This document shows positions 19,632 to 27,937 of a stretch of DNA of 64,000 bases, in pieces. The notes beneath the pieces were generated by a model. The model ran no database searches, was not told the DNA's origin, and saw nothing but the letters and a program-made list of their open reading frames with translations. Location: positions 32,001 through 96,000 of the forward strand of contig JBBDRK010000049.1 of the NCBI GenBank assembly GCA_040905465.1. The letters run 5' to 3'. Numbering within the stretch: the stretch's first letter is position 1; each line of letters begins with the position of its first letter. This DNA is from Trueperaceae bacterium. Its GTDB lineage: Bacteria; Deinococcota; Deinococci; Deinococcales; Trueperaceae. The position numbers and the translations under genes were made by a program.

Positions 19632-22600
19632 CTAGGGCCCGACGACCGACGCCTCAAGTCCGTCGCTCCCTACCCCCAACTCGACGGTGGTGCGTTGCCC
19701 TGCTGCCACCGCCACATCGGGCACTTCCAGGGCCGTGCCCGCAGCATGCACGATCGTCCTATAGGTCCCGGCGGGCAGCGCGACTCCTTCGTCGCCGAGA
19801 TGCCCCGAGGCCACCTCGCCCCCCGAGGCATCCAGCACCGTGAACGGCACGGCGAGCGACTGCTTTATCCCGTCCAGCAACTCGCCGGAGTCGGCCGCGT
19901 CGAAGTAGCGCCCGCCGCTGAGCTCGGCGACTTGCTCCATCTCCGCCTTGGCGGCCTCGTCGGCGAGATCGAAGCCGACGATGTTGATTCGCACATCCAG
20001 CCCCTGGTCCAACAGTTCCGTCACGGCCTCCGCCGGGCTGCCGCCGCACTCCTCGATACCGTCGGTAACCAACAGCACCAGCTTCTCGCCGGGCTCGTCC
20101 CCGAAGTCGCCCGCGACCTGCCGCAGGGAAAACGCGATGGGAGTAGTGCCGCGCGGCTGGATCCCCGCGACCAGCTGCAGCAATCGCGTCTTGTCCACGG
20201 GACCGAACGGGAACACCAACTCAGAATCCTGACAGGCGCCGGCCTCGCTGAAATGGACCCGGTGACCGTAGAGACGCATCGCCACTCGCACGTCTTCCGG
20301 CAGGTCGGCGATCACGCCGGCCATTACCTCCTTGGCGATCTCGATGCGCGAGCGGCCCTCGATCTGCGCCCACATCGAGTTCGAGCCGTCCAGGATCAGC
20401 GCTATCCGCGGTGGCGCCCCGAGAACGGCGTCGGCCTCTTCGTCGGCCGCGATCACCCGTAGCCTTCCCGGGCCACGGGCCACTTCACGCGCGCTGACTG
20501 TCAGGTCGTAGAGCACCGGGGACGATCCGGAATCGAGGCGCTCGAAGCGGACTTCGACGCGAAGATAACGTCCGGCCGGCAGGTCCAGACCCTCCCCACT
20601 GGCCACAGTCGCCGGCTCGCTGAAATCGGCGCCGTCGACGCTGCTCGCTGCAGTCACCGTTATCGACCCGCTGTCCTGGGGCTCCGCTTGCCAGCTGATC
20701 TCTTGCCAGCTAGTCCCCGGGGCGCCGCTATCGTGAACGACGGTCCACGTGCCGCTGTCGGGGACGGCGGCCAGGGTGCTGCCGGTCATGTCACTGTAGT
20801 TGTACGGCGTCGCGTCGGGTCCGAGGTCGACGATCAGGTCGACCGCGCCAAGCGGAAAACCGCCACCGGCGAGTGGGCCGGCCCGCGGGTCGATACGCAT
20901 GACATCGTCCGTATTTGCGTTCGTGACCCAGATCTTGTCGTTGGCATCCACCGCTACGCCGGTCGGCCCGCTACCGTCAAGCAGATCGACATTCCCGACG
21001 AAGGTGCCGTCCGTCCTGAGGCGTCCGACCGTTGGCGAGGCGCCGGCCAGATTGCCGTGCGCCACCCACACGTTGCCGTCACGGTCCACCGCTACGCCCT
21101 TGGCGAAAGCGTCTCCGTGCTCGAAGCAGCCGAGGAGCGCGCCGCTCGGAGCCAGCTTGCAGACCCCGTCCTGGACCTCCTTCGTGTGCCAGATCTCTCC
21201 TGTGACAGTGTCGATGCCGAGGCCGTAGTTCCCGACATCCAGACCAAGACACTCGCCGGACATGGTGGTCGTATCGAACCGCAACAACCCACCATAGCGG
21301 GCCGACCAGAGAACGCCGTTACTGTCGATGAGCCCGCCGTAACCACCGCATCCCAGGTTGAACTCGGTACCGACGACAGGCTCACCGGTGCTCCCGTCGA
21401 TCTTTCCATGTGCCCTGTCGTAGCCACCGGTCCAGAGGTCGTTGTTACCATCGACGGCCACCGTGCGCGTCGCGGTGCCCGCCACCCGCGTGTAGAGAAT
21501 GACGCATTCGTCCTCGGCGGTGGATTCGTCAACATCGTCATCGGCATCGGCGCCCTGGGGCCAGGGCAAAATGTCGCCGAGCCCGGTGGAGGTGTCGATC
21601 TCGCCGTTGCCGTTACGGTCCGCACACTGATTGTTCTCCAGCAGGCCGATCTTGACTACCGAGCCCTTGCCGTCCTCGTTCTCACCCCGGTTTCCCGCCC
21701 AGGCGTTGCCGTCGGCGTCCACGGTGGTCCGTGAAGTGTCCCGACCCCGACCGTCAGGCGCGGAGAGATACTCGCCCAGGATCTCGCCCGTCGTCGTATC
21801 GATCTTTATCACGGTGCCCCGCCTCGACGCCGCCACCCAAATGAAATTGAACGGAACCGGCTCGTCGACCAACTTCAGTTCGTCGCCGGCGGACGTGACG
21901 TTCACAGGCGTGCCACCGTCAAACTCTGCGGTAAGGGTGTAGGTTGCGGGTGTGCCGACAAGCGGCTGTGCTCGTATCACCCCAGCTGCAGCCATGCTCA
22001 TATCGACGCTGCTGACCCGTCCCTCGCCGACCTCTACCTCGGCCCAACGCACCTCCTTGGTGTCCTCGCCCCGTGGCAGCACGCTAGCCACGTGATAGGT
22101 CCCCGGTAGCAGAACCGTAAAACCCCAGCGATTCTCGGTCTCGGCCTGCAGCTCACCCTGGTGGTCGAACACGTACCAGACTTCCGGCGGTTCGTGGCCA
22201 GCCAGCGGCACCAGCTCGACGCCGGAGAGGACCTCGACACGGGTCACCTGCCCCTCGGAGACCTCGACCTCGGCCCACTCCACCTCCGCATCACCGGGCG
22301 TCACCGCGACCGTGTAGCGGCCCGGCGGCAAGACCACGAACTTCCACTCCCCCTTCCACTCACGCGCAACACGATCTCCGCTTGCCTCGTAGATGTACCA
22401 CTGGGGCGCCTCGTGGCCAGGCACGCCCACCAACTCGACGCCGGAGAGGACCTCGACACGGATCACCTGCCCCTCGGAGACCTCCACCTCCGCCCACTCC
22501 AGCTCGGTATCACCCGGCTTCACCGCGACCGTGTAGCGGCCGGGCGGCAAGGCCACGAACTTCCACTCCCCCTTCCACTCGCGCGCAACACGATCGCCGG

Positions 22601-23012
22601 CTTCGTCGTAGATGTACCACTCCGGCGCGTCGTGGCCCGGCACGCCGACCAGCTCGACGCCGGAGAGGACCTCGACACGGGTCACCTGCCCCTCGGAGAC
22701 CTCGACCTCCGCCCACTCCACCTCGGTATCACCGGGCTTCACCGCGACCGTGTAGCGGCCGGGCGGCAAGGTCACGAACTTCCACTCCCCCTTCCACTCT
22801 CGGGCTACGCGGTCGCCGGCTTCGTCGTAGATGAACCATTCGGACGCGTCGAAATCGGGAACGCCCACCAGCTCGATGCCGGTGCTGCCCTGCTCGCCGG
22901 CGCCATCTTGAGCAAGGCCCGACAAGCCGATGAAAACGGCGATCAAGAGTATTGATAGGACCCGGAAGCGACCGGTCGTGAAGTGGAGTTCGTTGCGGTT
23001 TCGTCGAAACAT
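19632..23012 (-). CDS. Large secreted protein: 73-aa tandem repeats, beta-propeller, C-terminal VWA domain
   Basis: Signal peptide (…GLSGLA-QD), four repeats, GVAVDxxGNVWV blades, MIDAS residues DGSNS...T...TDG. ATG follows GGAGG. Confidence 0.8.
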   Translation of the reverse strand: MFRRNRNELHFTTGRFRVLSILLIAVFIGLSGLAQDGAGEQGSTGIELVGVPDFDASEWFIYDEAGDRVAREWKGEWKFVTLPPGRYTVAVKPGDTEVEWAEVEVSEGQVTRVEVLSGVELVGVPGHDAPEWYIYDEAGDRVAREWKGEWKFVALPPGRYTVAVKPGDTELEWAEVEVSEGQVIRVEVLSGVELVGVPGHEAPQWYIYEASGDRVAREWKGEWKFVVLPPGRYTVAVTPGDAEVEWAEVEVSEGQVTRVEVLSGVELVPLAGHEPPEVWYVFDHQGELQAETENRWGFTVLLPGTYHVASVLPRGEDTKEVRWAEVEVGEGRVSSVDMSMAAAGVIRAQPLVGTPATYTLTAEFDGGTPVNVTSAGDELKLVDEPVPFNFIWVAASRRGTVIKIDTTTGEILGEYLSAPDGRGRDTSRTTVDADGNAWAGNRGENEDGKGSVVKIGLLENNQCADRNGNGEIDTSTGLGDILPWPQGADADDDVDESTAEDECVILYTRVAGTATRTVAVDGNNDLWTGGYDRAHGKIDGSTGEPVVGTEFNLGCGGYGGLIDSNGVLWSARYGGLLRFDTTTMSGECLGLDVGNYGLGIDTVTGEIWHTKEVQDGVCKLAPSGALLGCFEHGDAFAKGVAVDRDGNVWVAHGNLAGASPTVGRLRTDGTFVGNVDLLDGSGPTGVAVDANDKIWVTNANTDDVMRIDPRAGPLAGGGFPLGAVDLIVDLGPDATPYNYSDMTGSTLAAVPDSGTWTVVHDSGAPGTSWQEISWQAEPQDSGSITVTAASSVDGADFSEPATVASGEGLDLPAGRYLRVEVRFERLDSGSSPVLYDLTVSAREVARGPGRLRVIAADEEADAVLGAPPRIALILDGSNSMWAQIEGRSRIEIAKEVMAGVIADLPEDVRVAMRLYGHRVHFSEAGACQDSELVFPFGPVDKTRLLQLVAGIQPRGTTPIAFSLRQVAGDFGDEPGEKLVLLVTDGIEECGGSPAEAVTELLDQGLDVRINIVGFDLADEAAKAEMEQVAELSGGRYFDAADSGELLDGIKQSLAVPFTVLDASGGEVASGHLGDEGVALPAGTYRTIVHAAGTALEVPDVAVAAGQRTTVELGVGSDGLEASVVGP
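22005..22880 (-). repeat. Intragenic tandem repeat, 219-bp unit (three near-identical copies plus one diverged)
   Basis: CCGGAGAGGACCTCGACACG recurs at 22222, 22441 and 22660 (spacing 219). Confidence 0.93.
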
Positions 23013-23490
23013 TTTCGTCCCTCCAAGGCGACTGAACCGTGCAGGCCTTACCGTCGCGATCCTCTGGGCACTCTTCCAACTCGACCCCCAGGTGCCTTCC
23101 AGGGTCGGTCCGGAAGCCGTCACCCCTGCGCCTGCCCACTCTCCAGCAGAGCCCGGACGGCGAGGCCGGCGACAACACGGACGAGAGTCCTCACAGCACG
23201 TCAGCTCCTTTCCCATACGCCCCCGCTAGCGCGGACACGCGCAGCGAGGTGAGCGTGAACGAGGCGGCGGTCCCTAGCCCATCTCCGGGTCGGGAGTCGG
23301 GCAAGCGCTCGCCGCCGAGGCGTGGGAGCTGGCCATCGAGTGCCTCCGTCGGGGGGCCGACAGGGCGTTCCGCGAGGGCCACGGCGAGCGACTCCGCGAT
23401 TACCTCGCCCGGTTCCCAGCGGCTTATCAGGGGCGTCCGGAGCTGCTGCGCGTCGAGGGTTACCTGTCCTGGGCGGCCGGCGACCTCGAG

Positions 23491-25179
23491 GTGGCGCAGG
23501 TAAAAGCGTCGCAGGCCGCCGAGGTCGAGGACGCCAACCTGCGTGCCGACGCGCTCGTCCTGCTGGCGGCCGTCCACTACTCCCTGGGGAACTTCGCCAC
23601 TGAGCTGATCGCGCTACGGCAGGCCATCGACCTCGCTCCCAGCGATCACCATGTGCTGGCCAAGGCCTGGTTCGGTCTGGGCTCGCTTCACTACCGGGCA
23701 GGCAGGGTCGCCGAGGCCGAGCAAGCCCTGAAGTGCTCCGCGGCGCTCACGCACGAAGGCGAGCCGGTCCATGCCGCCGTGCTGAGCGTCCTCGCGCTGC
23801 TGCCCTTGGCCCGCGGGACGCCCCGGACCGCCATTGCCGGGCTGGCACGGGCGGTAGCTGGCAACCGCAGGGTCGGCAACCGGCGCGGTGAAGCCCACGC
23901 CTGCTACCACCTGGCGATCGCGCTCGATCAGGCGGGCATGCATCAGCAGGCGCTGGACGCCCTGGCCGAGGCGGAGCAACTGGCGCGCGAGTTGGGCCTC
24001 GCCCACCTGGCGGCCCTGGTGGCTCGCGAGATGGCCGATGCTCACCGCGACATAGGGAGCGGCGAGGCGCCCGAACGGTACCGGCAGGCCATAGCCGAGC
24101 TTGAGGCGATGGGCGCCTCGGCCGGCTTGCTGCATGCTTATCACGGTCTGGCGGTGCAGTTGCGGCGAGAGAACGACAAGGAGGCGGCCCGGCGAGCAGC
24201 CGAGAAGGCGCTCGAGCACTCCGAAAGCGGAGACCCGGCGTTCGTGGCGCTGGTCCGGCTTCACCTGGCGCTGCTCAGCGATGACCAGGCGGCGTTGCGA
24301 GCGTCGCTAGCCCAGGCGCTCAGCCACCCGCACCGGTACTACCGGGCGCTGGCGCTCTGCTACGCCGCTGCCGGCGATCCGGTCGCGGCCCGCCGGCATG
24401 CCAAGGAAGCGATGGCGCTGATCCAGGACGAGGGGTTCGAGCACCTTCTGCGTGAGGAGCAGACGCTGGCAGCGCCGTGGCTCGGCACCCCTTCGCAACG
24501 GCCGCCGCCGGCTCCCGATACTCGCCTGGAACGGCCGCCCCGCTTCAGGCTGTATCTGCTGGGTGACCTCACCCTCGAAGGCCCGGAGGGCAGCCGCTCG
24601 CGTGTCCGTCCCCAGGCGCTCAGGCTGCTGGCCTATCTGGCGATGCGGCGCGGCTCCACGGTGGACCCCGCGCAACTGATCGACGCACTATGGCCCGACC
24701 GCGGCAACGAGATGCGGCCCACCATGCAGACCCTGATCTGGTTGCTACGGCGCAAGCTGCACGAGCGCCTGGTAGTGACCCACACCAGCGGCTACGCGTT
24801 CGATCCTGACGCGCTGGTGTGGGTCGATGTCGAGGAGTTCAGCCGGAGCCTTCGCGGGGAACGGTTCGAGGAGTGCATCTCCCTCTACCGTGGCGAGCTT
24901 CTGCCGGGGATCGAGTGGGCCGATCTCGAGCGCCGACACCTGGAGAACCGGTTCCTGCACGCACTCGAGCGGCTCGCCGACGACCGTTGTGAGGCGGGCA
25001 GGAGCGACGAGGGGATCGAGCTGTACGAGCGCATCGTGGCTATCGACCCCCTGGCCGAGAACGCCAGCAGGAAGCTCGTCGCGTGCCACCAGAAGGCCGG
25101 CCGCCATGACGCCGCTCAGCGGTTTCGGCGCGAGTTCGCCCAGCGGCTCGAGCAGGAGCTGGGGCTCTCCGGCGACTGA
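23491..25179 (+). CDS. TPR plus BTAD (SARP-type) transcriptional regulator, probably a 5'-truncated MalT-like protein
   Basis: TPR-like helices then LYLLGDL..., LIDALWP, WVDVEEF, LYRGELLPG, IDPLAE. The frame is open upstream to a TAG at 23275. Confidence 0.75.
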   Translation: MAQVKASQAAEVEDANLRADALVLLAAVHYSLGNFATELIALRQAIDLAPSDHHVLAKAWFGLGSLHYRAGRVAEAEQALKCSAALTHEGEPVHAAVLSVLALLPLARGTPRTAIAGLARAVAGNRRVGNRRGEAHACYHLAIALDQAGMHQQALDALAEAEQLARELGLAHLAALVAREMADAHRDIGSGEAPERYRQAIAELEAMGASAGLLHAYHGLAVQLRRENDKEAARRAAEKALEHSESGDPAFVALVRLHLALLSDDQAALRASLAQALSHPHRYYRALALCYAAAGDPVAARRHAKEAMALIQDEGFEHLLREEQTLAAPWLGTPSQRPPPAPDTRLERPPRFRLYLLGDLTLEGPEGSRSRVRPQALRLLAYLAMRRGSTVDPAQLIDALWPDRGNEMRPTMQTLIWLLRRKLHERLVVTHTSGYAFDPDALVWVDVEEFSRSLRGERFEECISLYRGELLPGIEWADLERRHLENRFLHALERLADDRCEAGRSDEGIELYERIVAIDPLAENASRKLVACHQKAGRHDAAQRFRREFAQRLEQELGLSGD

Positions 25180-25255
25180 CGCGACGAAACCCTCATCACC
25201 GAGACTGCGGACCAGCTGTCCGACCGACGAGCTGGACGAGAGCGGCAGCGCCGAA

Positions 25256-25438
25256 ATGCGCCGTGAACGGGAGGTGCTGAGCCTGGCGTCGGAAGGGCTG
25301 ACGGTCTGCCAGATCAGCAAGCGGCTCGGAATCTGCTCGACGACGATAAACAAGCACGTGGCCAACATGCTCGGCAAGTCCGCGCTGCGCAACCGGGTAG
25401 AGATCGCGCGGTGGACATTCGGGCACGGCCAGCATTGA
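25256..25438 (+). pseudogene. Isolated LuxR-type HTH (small protein or remnant)
   Basis: REREVLSLASEGLTVCQISKRLGICSTTINKHVANMLGK...NRVE. Confidence 0.65.
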
Positions 25439-25515
25439 TCAGGGCACTCGAAACGGGCCGAATGTGGGTTGACGCTCATTGATTATCGGCCTCAGCCCAA
25501 AGCGAGGGACATCAT

Positions 25516-25545
25516 CGTGCTTCGACGTGCTTCGACGTGCTTCGA
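25516..25545. repeat. Perfect 10-bp tandem repeat x3
   Basis: CGTGCTTCGA repeated three times. Confidence 0.9.
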
Positions 25546-25795
25546 CCGGCGGTTCTAGCCCAGAGACGACGCATCCAGCCTGAACGGCCCCCGACACAAC
25601 TACCCCTCCGCCGCCACGCCCCGCTGTTGATCTCAGCGGAGGTGGCGCGCCTTTGAGCGTAGATTTGTCGGAAACCGTCCAATGGGCACCTCAATCTCGT
25701 CCAACAGCACCTCGCGCGTTTTCGAGACAACCCGGTGCAGGGAAGCCCAACAGTGCTTCGCTGGCCGCCCCATTATGCCTACCACTTGCATCCGC

Positions 25796-25825
25796 TTGTA
25801 AGAATCTCGTGAGAGTGTATATGAT
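25796..25825 (+). promoter_or_regulatory. Candidate sigma70-type promoter
   Basis: TTGTAA-N18-TATGAT about 35 nt upstream of the riboswitch candidate. Confidence 0.5.
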
Positions 25826-25859
25826 TAGCCCAGTTCGAGTAACCGGCGCATTGACCGAC

Positions 25860-25935
25860 CGCGTAGGAGGCGGCGAAGCCTGCACGTATTTTGGGCCCCC
25901 GTGCAGGTGGAGTCGGTAGCGCAATCGTCCGAGGG
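25860..25935 (+). ncRNA. Candidate c-di-GMP-II riboswitch
   Basis: GGAGGCGGC-GAAG-CCTGCACG-TATTTTGGGCCCC-CGTGCAGG-TGGAG-TCGGTAGCGCAATCGTCC has the class II layout: kink-turn GA/GA, 8-bp stem, UUGGGC loop, GUAGyGCAAyCGnCC 3' end. There is one mismatch in the pseudoknot. Confidence 0.65.
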
Positions 25936-26054
25936 AGTACGCATGGCATGCAAGAGCGTCGCTCACCACAAACGGTCGGTTGAAGCAATTCCTCTTTCGC
26001 ACCGGGAGCTCGGCAAAACCTATCGGCCCAGTAGAACAACTTGAAAGGGGAAGT

Positions 26055-26555
26055 ATGAAACGGATTTTCGGACTGTTAGTTGCGCTCACGATGTTAATGG
26101 GAGCGAACGGAGTTCTTGCTCAAACAGGTAGCAGCGACGGACACGCCTTAAGTGTCGAGGTACAGGCCTTCGATTCGATAACTCTCGGTGGCACGCCTCC
26201 GTCATTTGTCATCACGGCCGAGGGAGAGGCTACCGACACTGGCAGCACAATAGCGTGGGCAACGAACGAGACAACCAGGACGATTACTGTTCAGAGTAGT
26301 CTGACTGCTGCCGCTATAGACTACGCTGTCACAGTGGAAGCAACCAACCCAGTGACGTCTGACGGTGCAACGCCGGGTACACCGGCAGGCGCGGTCACTA
26401 TCCCTGGGAGTGACGAATCAGCGGCCGCTTTCATCACGACAATCTCGCAATCGAGTGCTTCGGCGACTCTCGAATACGTAGTTGATATCAGTGTCACCGA
26501 CCCAACCGGTACTGATTCTCACACGATCACCTATACATTTACCGCCGACAGCTAG
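26055..26555 (+). CDS. Secreted beta-rich protein, putative major pilin-like subunit
   Basis: Sec signal peptide (…GVLA-Q), Thr/Ser/Ala-rich, no Cys, C-terminal alternating strand HTITYTFT. Confidence 0.6.
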   Translation: MKRIFGLLVALTMLMGANGVLAQTGSSDGHALSVEVQAFDSITLGGTPPSFVITAEGEATDTGSTIAWATNETTRTITVQSSLTAAAIDYAVTVEATNPVTSDGATPGTPAGAVTIPGSDESAAAFITTISQSSASATLEYVVDISVTDPTGTDSHTITYTFTADS

Positions 26556-26561
26556 TCGGCC

Positions 26562-26599
26562 CATTGTCCGGAGTGATGTTGACATCACTCCGGACAATG
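26562..26599 (+). terminator. Perfect 18-bp inverted repeat (mRNA stabiliser or attenuator) after the first subunit gene
   Basis: CATTGTCCGGAGTGATGT-TG-ACATCACTCCGGACAATG, with no U-tract. Confidence 0.75.
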
Positions 26600-26619
26600 C
26601 CCCTTCCGTGGGGGCATGC

Positions 26620-27105
26620 ATGATTGAGAACGTATTTTGTGTGCTACTGATTTTCCTTCTAACACCCTTGGCCTCCGCGCAAACGCTCACCGCTACTGGC
26701 GACGCGTGGATCTTCGAGATTGGCGCAGACGATCTGGAGTCGCCGGGGGCGGGGCAGCCTCTTCGCAGCACATACGAGAGTTCGTCAACTGCCGTCGAGG
26801 TAGACGTAGAGGATGTAGCTGCAGAAGACTGGACGGTCGACGTTCGCCGCACCGACGACGAACTTACGCCATGGCCACAAGATCTCGAGTTGAGCGTGCG
26901 CTGGACCGATCAGGGGACCGGAACTGTAGCCCTTAGCGGCGGCTCCACCTACGTGGACATTCAGGAAGGCGGTGGCGTCTTCTTTTCGGGCACGGACAAC
27001 CGGACTGGCATTCAACTTCAGTACCAACTCTCGGGCGTGAGCCTGAGTACGCCGCCCGGAACCTACAACACCACCGTCTTGTTTACGGTCACACTTGATA
27101 ATTAG
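26620..27105 (+). CDS. Secreted protein, putative minor pilin-like subunit
   Basis: Signal peptide (…PLASA-Q). The C-terminus PPGTYNTTVLFTVT resembles the end of spore-coat-U/Csu-type pilins. Confidence 0.6.
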   Translation: MIENVFCVLLIFLLTPLASAQTLTATGDAWIFEIGADDLESPGAGQPLRSTYESSSTAVEVDVEDVAAEDWTVDVRRTDDELTPWPQDLELSVRWTDQGTGTVALSGGSTYVDIQEGGGVFFSGTDNRTGIQLQYQLSGVSLSTPPGTYNTTVLFTVTLDN

Positions 27106-27127
27106 GAAGGCAGTCGTAAGGACCAAC

Positions 27128-27916
27128 ATGAGGCTAGGCTCGATTCTGATACTGATTGTTGCTACCCTAACGGGGCATGCGCTCGCTGACATCTCCGTTA
27201 CCAGTAGTCTGTCGCAATTCCACGACGTGGTACCAGGCGAGGGCGTGGAAAACAGCATATCGATTCGAAACTCAGGATCGGCTGATGCGGTAATCAGGCT
27301 CTACCAAACCGACTACCTTTTCTTCGCTGACGGAAGATACAGCTACGGTGAGCCGGGCACCGTAAGTCGGTCCAATGCCGCTTGGATAACGCTTTCAACG
27401 CACGGTCTAACGATTCCCGCAGGAGAAACGGTCGCTGTTCCCTATGAAGTAAGGGTTCCAGATGACCAGAACCTGTTCGGATCGTACTGGAGTGCGATAA
27501 TGGTCGAGGAAGTTACCTCACCGACGCCGCAAGGCGAGGGTCCTGTAACAGTGCGTACAGTAGTTCGTTACGCGGTTCAAGTGGCAACTGAGTTCGGAGA
27601 AACCGGTGATAGTCTCCTCAACTTCACAAATCCCTCGTTACTAGACACAGAGGCTGGCGGTCAACTCCTCCAAGTAGATGCAGAAAACGTGGGAGAGCAA
27701 TCGATTCGCGCCTCCTTCTACGCGGAGCTTTACGATGATCAGGGTGCCTTGGTGGCTCGTATCGATGGCCGCCCGAGGAGGACCTATCCGGGTACCTCGA
27801 TCCGGCAACGCTTCGACCTAGGCCCACTGGTGGCGGGGAGGTACACCGCACTCGTTGTGGCAGATGGTGGCGGGGACGAGCTATTCGGGGCGCAATTCAC
27901 CCTGAATATCGAGTAG
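27128..27916 (+). CDS. Putative periplasmic pilus chaperone-like protein (two Ig-like domains)
   Basis: Signal peptide; ISIRNSG, SNAAWITLS, LTIPAGETVAVPYEVRVP, GSYWSAIMVEE; second domain ENVG...GRYTALVVAD. Confidence 0.6.
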   Translation: MRLGSILILIVATLTGHALADISVTSSLSQFHDVVPGEGVENSISIRNSGSADAVIRLYQTDYLFFADGRYSYGEPGTVSRSNAAWITLSTHGLTIPAGETVAVPYEVRVPDDQNLFGSYWSAIMVEEVTSPTPQGEGPVTVRTVVRYAVQVATEFGETGDSLLNFTNPSLLDTEAGGQLLQVDAENVGEQSIRASFYAELYDDQGALVARIDGRPRRTYPGTSIRQRFDLGPLVAGRYTALVVADGGGDELFGAQFTLNIE

Positions 27917-27937
27917 CACTAGAAGGATTCAAAGGAG

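Noticed and set aside
22005-22880. Regularly spaced repeats as a CRISPR array
   Set aside because: The unit is 219 bp, in frame within a CDS, with no unique spacers and no cas genes.
23013-23270. Second riboswitch upstream of the VWA gene
   Set aside because: Only short TGGGCA/CCGACC similarity, with no kink-turn or supporting stems.
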